Shown one piece after another: positions 1 to 8,002 of a DNA stretch of 64,000 bases. The notes under the pieces are model-generated. The model did no database searches. It had not been told where the DNA came from and saw only the letters and a program-made list of their open reading frames with translations. The position numbers and the translations under genes were made by a program. Origin of the DNA: Campylobacteraceae bacterium (GTDB taxonomy: Bacteria; Campylobacterota; Campylobacteria; Campylobacterales; Campylobacteraceae); assembly GCA_031263195.1 (NCBI GenBank), contig JAISGD010000010.1, positions 32,075 through 96,074 of the forward strand, in the 5' to 3' direction. Each line of letters begins with the position of its first letter. The first letter of the stretch is position 1.

Positions 1-308
1 ACTTCGTTAGTGCCTATACTGTTTATGGCAAAATCCGCTAAAGCGCCGCCTACGCCTTTTCCAAAGTATTTGGGAGAGACGAACAACATCTCTATTTTAT
101 TTTCAAAAATACCGATAAAGCCTAATATTTCGCCTTTTTCGTCTTTATACGCGTAAACTTTTAAGCTTGGCAAATATCCAACCACGCACGATTTAATCTC
201 CGCGATATCATTATCGGTTAAAAAACGATGGGTCGCTTTCACGGATTCTTCCCAAATCAAGACTATTTTTTCATATTCTTTTTTATCTATCAGGGTTATA
301 TTTTTCAT
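1..308 (-). CDS. GNAT family N-acetyltransferase (partial; C-terminus lies left of the window)
   Basis: My own translation of the minus strand from the ATG at 308-306 gives MKNITLIDKKEYEKIVLIWEESVKATHRFL...GIFENKIEMLFVSPKYFGKGVGGALADFAI. It contains a GNAT-type acetyl-CoA loop (GKGVGGAL). It is absent from the ORF track because the frame runs off the window edge. Confidence 0.7.
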   Translation of the reverse strand, partial: MKNITLIDKKEYEKIVLIWEESVKATHRFLTDNDIAEIKSCVVGYLPSLKVYAYKDEKGEILGFIGIFENKIEMLFVSPKYFGKGVGGALADFAINSIGTNE

Positions 309-309
309 C

Positions 310-636
310 TTAGAAAACAACTTGTACCAAAAACATATAAAAAAACGTAGCGTCTATAATACTTAAAAGCGCATTTTTAAACTTCACATGCAGTAAAAGC
401 GCGCTCAAGATACCAATAATTTCACTCATTCCATAAGGATATTCATTAAAATTCGTATTTCTAATCGCATAAAAAACCAAAATAACCATTATCATTAAAG
501 GCATATTTTTCTCAAAAAGTTCTAAAAGTTTACTCGGTTTTCGTTTTTTGTCAAAAAGCAAAAACGGCAAAACTCTGGTGGCAAAAGTCGCTAAAGTCGC
601 CGTTAAAATCGCCAATAACAGATAACTTGGCTGCAT
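310..636 (-). CDS. azlD: Branched-chain amino acid exporter small subunit AzlD
   Basis: 108-aa hydrophobic protein directly downstream of an AzlC-like gene, abutting it with no gap. Its size and TM pattern are typical of AzlD. Confidence 0.8.
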   Translation of the reverse strand: MQPSYLLLAILTATLATFATRVLPFLLFDKKRKPSKLLELFEKNMPLMIMVILVFYAIRNTNFNEYPYGMSEIIGILSALLLHVKFKNALLSIIDATFFYMFLVQVVF

Positions 637-1320
637 TTATATACGTCCTTTAAAAGTTATTAAGCAAAAAGAGCATATCAGCAAAGATAAAATTAACATA
701 TCCGACGCTGGAAAACACAACATCCCCAAAGCCCCGATTATTAAAGATAAAAACAGCGTTTTTTTAGCCCTGTTTTTTTGATAAATCTCCACGCTTAAAA
801 CCACAAAAAGAGCGGTTAGGGCAAACTCTATACCTTTAAAATCAAAAGACGATAAACGTCCGCCAAGAGAGCCTATAAGAGTCCCCGCGACCCAATACGT
901 TTGATTTAGAAGCGTTATGGTAACGACCGTTTTTTCTTTATCCTCTTTGGACAGTTCAAAAGTTCGTAAAAGTGCGAAAGTCTCGTCGGTAAGTCCGAAA
1001 ATAGCGTATTTTTTCGCGAATCCTTTTAACGCTTTAAATTCGCTTATCATAGAAAGTCCGTAAAAAAAGTGACGAAGATTTAGTAAAAATATAGCTATAA
1101 ATATCTCAACCAAAGAGGCGATTTCGCTAAAAAGTAAAACGCATAAAAATTGCGCCGAACCGGCATAAATAAAAATACTCATCAAAAGAGCGTAATACCA
1201 AGCTATTCCAAATTTAACGGCCAAAAGTCCAAAAGCTATGCCTAAAGGAATATAGCCCATAAATACCGGAATACTCAAGCGAAAAATTTTAAGAAAGCTC
1301 AAAAAACGACACCTTAGCAA
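637..1320 (-). CDS. azlC: AzlC family branched-chain amino acid exporter permease
   Basis: 227-aa polytopic membrane protein with an AzlC-like N-terminus (IPVFMGYIPLGIAFGLLA). TTG start at 1320. Forms an azlCD pair. Confidence 0.85.
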   Translation of the reverse strand: MLRCRFLSFLKIFRLSIPVFMGYIPLGIAFGLLAVKFGIAWYYALLMSIFIYAGSAQFLCVLLFSEIASLVEIFIAIFLLNLRHFFYGLSMISEFKALKGFAKKYAIFGLTDETFALLRTFELSKEDKEKTVVTITLLNQTYWVAGTLIGSLGGRLSSFDFKGIEFALTALFVVLSVEIYQKNRAKKTLFLSLIIGALGMLCFPASDMLILSLLICSFCLITFKGRI

Positions 1321-1393
1321 TTAAAAATTAATAATCATACCAATAAAATCGTAAATTATCTCTTTATTTTTTCGCAGTAATCTATTTCACTCT

Positions 1394-1583
1394 TTACATG
1401 TAACGGAAATTTAAATTAGTGTTTCGCGAAATTGCTGATTTTATACCTATAAACATATTTAAACCCACACATGTAACAAAAAACTTTTAGCAACTATTGA
1501 TTGTTCTTACATGTAGTGGAAAATTTAACGTTTGGTTTTTACCATAAAAACGGTTAATTTTGTTTTTATTTTCTTTACATGTA
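1394..1583. repeat. Cluster of four (T)TACATGTA palindromes in one intergenic spacer
   Basis: Copies: TTACATGTAA 1394-1403, ACATGTAA 1469-1476, TTACATGTA 1507-1515, TTACATGTA 1575-1583. The 1394 and 1507 copies sit in an alignable ~30-bp unit (TTACATGTArYGGAAAwTTTAA). Confidence 0.85.
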
Positions 1584-1638
1584 TCACTCAAAACAAACCC
1601 GCTTGAATTCGTTTCGAGTGATTGAAGTAATTAAAAAG

Positions 1639-4600
1639 CTAGAAACTGTATTTGTATCCGAGATTTGCTTTTTTGTTATTAAAACTATCTCCGATTTGAT
1701 AAGTTCCTTCAAAATATATATGATGATCGTCGCCTATAGTTGATGTGATACCTATAGCGTTATCAAACATATCTCCGTCTAATTTGTAAGTTTGCTTATC
1801 GCCGCTATCGTTAAAACTATACGATATATCGCCGTCAAACTCTTTTATATACCCTATCTTGTAGTATACGTTTGTTTTATCTTTGAGGCTTAGCCCAAGA
1901 ACAGTTCCCACTCTTCCCAAGATTGAGTTATAAGCGTCGAATTTTGTCTTTAAACCCGACGACGCGACGCTTGTTCCTGACGATTGTTTGCTGAAAGTAA
2001 ATTCGGCTTGGGGCTCTACATAAAAACCGCTGCCAACGTCAAACCTTTTCCCGCTCTCAATAGATAAAGAGTACGAATTAGCGTCCGCGTCTCCTTTTAT
2101 ATACGCTCCGTTTGAGGTTGTCATGTCAAACTCATTGTCGTTTTTTGTGTATTTCAAAAGAGTGTCGATATAAAATTTATTCTCATTTTTATATGAAGCG
2201 TATAAACCAAGATCATAAGAGTTAACCTCTCCATTTCCTTGTCTGTAATCAATATCCGTTTTTGAGACGCCAAACGTAAGACCTATAAAGCCTTTAGCGT
2301 TTCCTATGCTGTATATTCTGTCAAATCCCGCTTGCAAACCGTAGTAAGAGGTATCTTGTATGTTAAATTTTTCATCAAACGAGTTTAGTTCCCCAGCGTA
2401 AGTTCTAACCCAAACGTCATCAAGCGTGTCTCTGTCGATGTCAAGCTCTCCCATTCTTTGAAGCAGCGTTTGGGTATTGGCGTAGTTGGAGACATAGTTT
2501 ATATTGGAAAAACTTATTGACGACGCGGCTATAGGGTTTATGGATGGACCGCCGGACGAACCGCCGCCGCCGGAATTATTGGAAGTTCCCGTAGTTAAGT
2601 ACTGGGTATTGTTTATATCGTTTATGCGATAAGTGTACGCTCCTATATAAACTTCGCCTGTAAATACGGCGTTATACGCGCCACTTTGATTTTGCTCCAC
2701 AACCAAAAATGCTTCGCTTCCATCGACCGTATAACCTCCTAAGGCACTATCGTCAAATATTAATTTGTGATTTCCCGAAGAGCTATTGTTTATCGTTATC
2801 AAATCCCCATTTCCGCCTAAATTTATTCTTTGATAAAACACTCCATTGCCTGAAAGATTGTCAATGATTAGATTTACATAAGAGGAACTTTTAGTTAAAT
2901 CGACCTTAGCTTCGTTTGTCAAGAAGAGATTTGTCAAAGACGAGTCACCTTTTAATCTCCATAACGAGCCGCTTCCGTCAAACGCTAAATTGATATGTCC
3001 GCCGTTAAGTGCCGTATTTCCCATTAATCTAGAGCCGTCTTTCAAATCCAAATCAACAATGCCGTTATTTACAGCCGTTATATCCCCAAAAATATTTAAT
3101 TTTGACGAACCGTTTGTTTGGATTATACCGTTTGCGGTAGAATACAAAGCATAAGAGTTGTCGCCAAGAGCCGATATATTTGTATCGGTATTTAAAATAA
3201 TCCCTACAACTGAATCATTATTACTTCTGCCTTCAACAAACAAAGCGTGAGAACCCTCACCCTCAGTAGAGATAACGGAATTTTTGCCAATGACGGTAGT
3301 CGCACTGCCCGCATACGAGGCGGTCGTCGTAGCGAACGCCAAAGTATGAACGGCGTGAGAAGCGTCTCCTCTGGTAGCTATAAAAGCGTTATCGCCGATA
3401 GTGGCATTGCTTCTATCATAAGTTTCAAGAGCGGTAGCGCTATTTCCATATGTAAGGATAGTCAAGTTATCGCCAAATGTTCCTACGCTTCTTTCTCTGA
3501 TTTGCACGCCTACGGCTTGATTTCCGTATGTGGTTATCACGGCATTGTCGCCCACAAGTAGATTAGATAAGCTGCCTCTGATTTTTATGCCAAAACCTCC
3601 CTCGTTACTGCTTGAAGCGCCCGTATATCTTCCTTCCCCGTATGTAGTGATGCGAGCGTTATCGCCCAATATAACGTTTGCGTAACTGCTGGCACTTATT
3701 GCGCTGGCGTCATATCCGTATGTAGTTATATTTACATTGTCGCCGGCAATAAAAGTACTGTTGGTCGCCAACCCTGACGAACCTGCAACCCATACCGCAT
3801 GCGATGGATTGAGCCCTGTACCGGAAACTGCATTGCCTGTGGTAGTTATAACGGCGCTGTCGCCTACTTCAACTTTTCCTCCGTTATATGCATACACTGC
3901 CACCGAACCGTTGTTTCCGTATGTGGCGATAGTCGCATTGTCGCCGAAATAAACAGCCGTATTGGTATTGCCAGAAGCAACTCCATAAGCTCTTGCTCCC
4001 TGTGTGCTTATAAATGCATTGTCTCCAAAAGTAACGTCTGAATTTTTAGTAGTCAAATAAACGCCGTAAGACCACCAGCCTGTAGTTGGACTTAGTCCGC
4101 ACTGTCCGCAGTTGGTATCTCCGCCTGTCGTAATTATACGCGTATCATCTCCGATAACTATATGGATATTCTCATTGCCCGTAGCGCCGTAAGTATATAT
4201 GCCGCTGCTGCCGACTCCTGTCGTAAAAATAGTTGTGTTATCACCGATAGTGATATTTGAGTTACTAGCCGCGTATACTCCATGACTTCTGGTTTGAGAT
4301 GGAAAATCCGAACCGTACGTAATTATGTTGGCGTTATCTCCTATATTTATATTGGAATTGGTTGTCGCGTAAACAGCGTGCGCGTCGGTATTGTTTGTTA
4401 TCATATTCGCGTTGTCGCCTATATTGACAATCCCGCCGTTTTGCGCGTAAACGGCATACGAACCCACACCGCTTGTACTTATATAAGCGCCCTCTCCCAC
4501 ATCTATATTCGCGCCGTTTTGCACTAAAAGAGCGTGAGCGTTGTCGCCTTTCGTAGAAACGTTCAATCCATTGAAACTCCAGCTTCCGTTATTGTTATTA

Positions 4601-4845
4601 TGCACTCCATAAGAATTACTGCCTATTACATTCACATCTAACGACGACGAACCCGAAACTCCGTTTGACGCGTTCGCGTAAACAACGGAATTAACCGTCT
4701 CATCGCAGCTTACATGTCCTCCTCCCAAATTAACGCAATCAGCGTTAAGATTTGAAACCAAAAACAAACCGACAAAAACAAAAATATAAGAAAAGCTTCT
4801 TACGCTTATCTTTCTGCCGCAACTATTTGAGTATATTTTATACAT
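1639..4845 (-). CDS. Autotransporter outer-membrane protein (beta-helix passenger plus C-terminal beta-barrel)
   Basis: 1068 aa. N-terminal signal peptide, then dozens of ~22-25-aa IGDNAxIxTxG...GVYA repeats. A Gly/Ser linker (NNSGGGGSSGGP) follows, then an autotransporter junction/barrel signature (LLQRMGELD...DVWVRTYAGELNSFD) and a terminal aromatic residue (YKYSF). Confidence 0.9.
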   Translation of the reverse strand: MYKIYSNSCGRKISVRSFSYIFVFVGLFLVSNLNADCVNLGGGHVSCDETVNSVVYANASNGVSGSSSLDVNVIGSNSYGVHNNNNGSWSFNGLNVSTKGDNAHALLVQNGANIDVGEGAYISTSGVGSYAVYAQNGGIVNIGDNANMITNNTDAHAVYATTNSNINIGDNANIITYGSDFPSQTRSHGVYAASNSNITIGDNTTIFTTGVGSSGIYTYGATGNENIHIVIGDDTRIITTGGDTNCGQCGLSPTTGWWSYGVYLTTKNSDVTFGDNAFISTQGARAYGVASGNTNTAVYFGDNATIATYGNNGSVAVYAYNGGKVEVGDSAVITTTGNAVSGTGLNPSHAVWVAGSSGLATNSTFIAGDNVNITTYGYDASAISASSYANVILGDNARITTYGEGRYTGASSSNEGGFGIKIRGSLSNLLVGDNAVITTYGNQAVGVQIRERSVGTFGDNLTILTYGNSATALETYDRSNATIGDNAFIATRGDASHAVHTLAFATTTASYAGSATTVIGKNSVISTEGEGSHALFVEGRSNNDSVVGIILNTDTNISALGDNSYALYSTANGIIQTNGSSKLNIFGDITAVNNGIVDLDLKDGSRLMGNTALNGGHINLAFDGSGSLWRLKGDSSLTNLFLTNEAKVDLTKSSSYVNLIIDNLSGNGVFYQRINLGGNGDLITINNSSSGNHKLIFDDSALGGYTVDGSEAFLVVEQNQSGAYNAVFTGEVYIGAYTYRINDINNTQYLTTGTSNNSGGGGSSGGPSINPIAASSISFSNINYVSNYANTQTLLQRMGELDIDRDTLDDVWVRTYAGELNSFDEKFNIQDTSYYGLQAGFDRIYSIGNAKGFIGLTFGVSKTDIDYRQGNGEVNSYDLGLYASYKNENKFYIDTLLKYTKNDNEFDMTTSNGAYIKGDADANSYSLSIESGKRFDVGSGFYVEPQAEFTFSKQSSGTSVASSGLKTKFDAYNSILGRVGTVLGLSLKDKTNVYYKIGYIKEFDGDISYSFNDSGDKQTYKLDGDMFDNAIGITSTIGDDHHIYFEGTYQIGDSFNNKKANLGYKYSF

Positions 4846-4983
4846 ATTAACCCCTCTTAATTAATAGATTACGAATTATATATCTTGAAATATTAAAATG
4901 ATATTAATAACGATATCTATTATCAATTTATTTTTTCACCAGTTTCAAGTATTTTGTATTTAAACTTTTAAAATTAAAACCAA

Positions 4984-5148
4984 TATATCAGATAGCAAAA
5001 CTTGAAGAGTTTGGAATTATGGAAGTTACGGATATATCGTCATTTGGCGCGTTTGTTGATTGGGGTTTGAGAGCTTTTTGTGCCGATAAAATATCAAAAA
5101 ACTCCGTTTAAAATTGGCGAGAAAAGAGTAATTTTAGTAGCGCTTGAC
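4984..5148 (+). pseudogene. Inverted, frameshifted copy of an internal fragment of the neighbouring cvfB-like gene
   Basis: Hand alignment shows 4984-5148 equals the reverse complement of 5651-5820. Differences are about 3 substitutions and one 5-nt deletion (CCAAA). The fragment would encode ...IAKLEEFGIMEVTDISSFGAFVDWGL then shift frame. It has no start codon and no N-terminal part. Confidence 0.85.
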
Positions 5149-5179
5149 TATTTATCGAGGCGGTCATGTAAAATTCATG

Positions 5180-5923
5180 TTATTTCATTTCAACACCATT
5201 ATCGGTTATACGTATTAGCCCTTCTTTTTGCAGATTATTTATGACTTGTTTGAAGCTTTTTTTACTAATGCCAAAAACCTCATATATCTCTTCCGCTGAA
5301 CTTTTTGTATTGTACGGCATTTTATAACCGTTCTTGCGCAAAACTTCAAGCACTTTTGTTTGCGCGGCAAGTTCCGCGCTATCTCCTATGGGTTGCAGCG
5401 ACGCGTCTATCTTGCCGTCAACTCTAACTTTTTTAACGAAACCTTCTTTTTTGCTTCCTATCTCAAGATTTTCAAAAATCTCGTTTTGATAAAGCACGCC
5501 TTCGTATCTATTGTTAATGATGACTTTAAATCCTAAAGGCGTTTTTGCCAAAATAAAAAGCTCGACCTTCTCATTTTGCGTAAATTTAGGCTGCGATTTT
5601 GGTAAAAATTTGCCGAACCTCTCAACTCCGATAAGCCTTCCGCTTAATTCGTCAAGCGCTACTAAAATTACTCTTTTCTCACCAATTTTAAACGGAGTTT
5701 TTTGATATTTTATCGGCACAAAAAGCTCTTTTGGCAAACCCCAATCAACAAACGCGCCAAATGACGATATATCCGTAACTTCCATAATTCCAAACTCTCC
5801 AAGTTTTGCTATCGGATATAGTGTCGAGGCGACCAATCTGTTTTCAGAATCGTGATAAATAAAAACGTCCACAGCTTTTCCTATCTGCATAAAAGGAGTT
5901 ACATAAGCGTTTGGAAGTAACAC
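5180..5923 (-). CDS. CvfB/YitL family S1-like RNA-binding protein
   Basis: S1-like repeats and a C-terminal winged-helix-like tail (FGISKKSFKQVINNLQKEGLI). The tracked ORF starts at GTG 5923. The open frame with family-like sequence (KVIDIKTGKINQLKVARQSDFGLYLSDKEENE) continues to about 6022 without any ATG/GTG/TTG, so the true start is uncertain; ATT at 6013-6011 is a candidate. Confidence 0.8.
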   Translation of the reverse strand: MLLPNAYVTPFMQIGKAVDVFIYHDSENRLVASTLYPIAKLGEFGIMEVTDISSFGAFVDWGLPKELFVPIKYQKTPFKIGEKRVILVALDELSGRLIGVERFGKFLPKSQPKFTQNEKVELFILAKTPLGFKVIINNRYEGVLYQNEIFENLEIGSKKEGFVKKVRVDGKIDASLQPIGDSAELAAQTKVLEVLRKNGYKMPYNTKSSAEEIYEVFGISKKSFKQVINNLQKEGLIRITDNGVEMK

Positions 5924-6099
5924 CTCGTTTTCCTCTTTGTCCGATAAATACAGCCCAAAGTCGCTTTGCCTGGCAACTTTTAGTTGATTGATTTTTCCTG
6001 TTTTGATATCAATAACCTTTACATGTAAATATAAAAAGGATATTATAACAAAGCTATATTATAAAGAGGTTTTAAATAAAAAAAATTATTTTTACGTGC

Positions 6100-6651
6100 T
6101 TGTTTTTTTGCGCGTTTATCTTTGCCAACAATGTTGATTTTGCGAAAAAACTTTCAAACGCGGCGTTGCTTTTGACTGAGGATTTTGTAATTTATAATGG
6201 AGCGTATTTTAAGATTTCTTATCCAAACGGCGATATACCGTCGAAATTTGGCGTTTGTACGGATGTTGTCATAAGAGCTTATAGGAAACTTGACATAGAT
6301 TTGCAAAAAGAGGTGCATGAGGATATGGCGGCAAATTTTAGCAAATACCCTAAAAATTGGGGTGCTAAAAGTACCGACAAAAATATTGACCATCGCCGTG
6401 TGCCAAATCTCATGAAATTTTTTGAAAGACATGGTCAAACAAAACCCTTAACAAAAAATGCCGAAGATTATAAAGCGGGAGATATCGTGGCGTGGAAACT
6501 TGATAACGGTTCTACGCACATAGGCATAGTAGTTGATAAAAAAGCAGCTGATAGCGACAGGCTAATGATAGTGCACAATATAGGTTTTGGACAAGTTGCC
6601 GAGGATTGTCTATTTTGTTATAAAATTATAGGTCATTATGTTTATAAATAA
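6100..6651 (+). CDS. DUF1287 domain-containing protein
   Basis: YPNGDIPSKFGVCTDVVIRAYRKLDIDLQKEVHEDM...DHRRVPNLMKFF is typical of DUF1287. The signal-peptide-like sequence begins upstream (IKKIIFTCLFFCAFIFA from 6076), but only ATA/ATT codons are available there, behind an AAGAGG Shine-Dalgarno at 6064-6069. TTG 6100 is the first canonical start. Confidence 0.8.
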   Translation: MFFCAFIFANNVDFAKKLSNAALLLTEDFVIYNGAYFKISYPNGDIPSKFGVCTDVVIRAYRKLDIDLQKEVHEDMAANFSKYPKNWGAKSTDKNIDHRRVPNLMKFFERHGQTKPLTKNAEDYKAGDIVAWKLDNGSTHIGIVVDKKAADSDRLMIVHNIGFGQVAEDCLFCYKIIGHYVYK

Positions 6652-6697
6652 TTTTTTTGATACAATAACAAGCTAATTTTGCAATCAAGGAATTTTA

Positions 6698-8002
6698 ATG
6701 CGTCCTTCAATAGCGATTATGGCTGCCGGTCTTGGCACAAGAATGAAATCTTCTACTCCTAAAGTTTTACATAAACTTTGCGGATACACAATGCTGCATC
6801 ATATCTTAAAAGAAGCTCAATCGCTTTCAGACGATATACATGTAGTGCTTTTTCATCACAGCGAAGATATAAAAGCCGAGCTTTTGAAAAAATTCGCAGG
6901 TCTTCATATAGTCATACAAAATCACGAACGTTTTCCAGGAACCGGCGGCGCTATCATGGGACTTAAACCAAAATACAATAGAGTGCTTGTTTTAAGCGGC
7001 GATATGCCTCTTTTGCAAACGGAAGATATGAGGCTTTTATGCCAAGATGAAAATATAGATATCGTTATGGGCGCATTTTACACAAATAAGCCCAAAGGTT
7101 ATGGGCGCGTTTTAGCGGATGAGGCGTTACATGTAAGAGAAATTGTTGAGGAAAAAGACGCCGATGATGAGCAAAAAAGAGTAAAACTTGTAAATGCGGG
7201 CGTATACTCTTTTAATACGCATTTTTTAAATAAAATGCTGCCAAAACTCAACAACAATAATGCGCAAAAAGAGTACTATATAACGGATTTGATAAAATTA
7301 GCCAATGAATGCGGCAACAGCGTAAAAGCGGTTTTGGTGGAAGAAAACAAATTTATGGGCATTAACTCAAAAGCTCAACTTGCCGCAGCGGAGAGCATTA
7401 TGCAAAATCGCATTAAGCATACGCTGATGAAAGAAGGCGTTATTATGAGGCTTCCTGAAACTATCTATATTGAGATGGGCGTTACTTTTGAGGGCGAAAG
7501 CATATTGGAAAACGGCGTAACATTGCTTGGTAAAACGCATATACAAAACAGTCATATTAAATCGCATACGAGAATAGAATCAAGCACCGTTATAGATTCG
7601 TCCGTCGGACCGTTCGCGCATGTGCGTCCCTATTCGCTCATTAAAAACTCTCATATAGGAAATTTTGTAGAGATAAAAAAATCAACTCTTACGGGAGTAA
7701 AAGCCGGACATTTAAGCTATCTTGGAGACGCCGTTATAGACGAAGGAACAAATGTGGGCTGCGGAACTATCACATGTAATTACGACGGCAAAGAGAAACA
7801 TCAAACGATTATCGGTAAAAATGTTTTTATTGGCAGCGATACGCAATTTATCGCTCCGATTGAAATTGGAGACGACGTTATAATAGCCGCTGGTACGACC
7901 GTTACGAAAAACGTTCCGAAAGGCTCTTTGGCGATTAACAGAGCGCCTTTAAAATTTATTAAAGATTTCTTTTATAAACGCTTTGGGGTAGATAAAAAAT
8001 AA
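6698..8002 (+). CDS. glmU: Bifunctional GlcNAc-1-P uridyltransferase / GlcN-1-P acetyltransferase
   Basis: N-terminal LAAGxGTRMKS nucleotidyltransferase motif and C-terminal left-handed beta-helix hexapeptide repeats. 434 aa. Confidence 0.95.
   Translation: MRPSIAIMAAGLGTRMKSSTPKVLHKLCGYTMLHHILKEAQSLSDDIHVVLFHHSEDIKAELLKKFAGLHIVIQNHERFPGTGGAIMGLKPKYNRVLVLSGDMPLLQTEDMRLLCQDENIDIVMGAFYTNKPKGYGRVLADEALHVREIVEEKDADDEQKRVKLVNAGVYSFNTHFLNKMLPKLNNNNAQKEYYITDLIKLANECGNSVKAVLVEENKFMGINSKAQLAAAESIMQNRIKHTLMKEGVIMRLPETIYIEMGVTFEGESILENGVTLLGKTHIQNSHIKSHTRIESSTVIDSSVGPFAHVRPYSLIKNSHIGNFVEIKKSTLTGVKAGHLSYLGDAVIDEGTNVGCGTITCNYDGKEKHQTIIGKNVFIGSDTQFIAPIEIGDDVIIAAGTTVTKNVPKGSLAINRAPLKFIKDFFYKRFGVDKK

Noticed and set aside
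3247-4527. Tracked + strand ORFs 3247-3561, 3737-3952, 3799-4041 and 4282-4527, lying inside autotransporter 1.
   Set aside because: They are antisense to a well-supported 1068-aa gene. Their Arg/Ser/Val-rich translations are the mirror image of the Gly/Asn/Thr repeat codons. None has an RBS or any family resemblance.
1639-4845. The regular ~66-75-nt periodicity in the autotransporter genes could suggest a CRISPR-like or tandem DNA repeat array.
   Set aside because: The periodicity is at the protein level (the IGDNxxIxTxG units). The DNA units are divergent and there are no identical direct repeats with unique spacers. It all lies in one long ORF.
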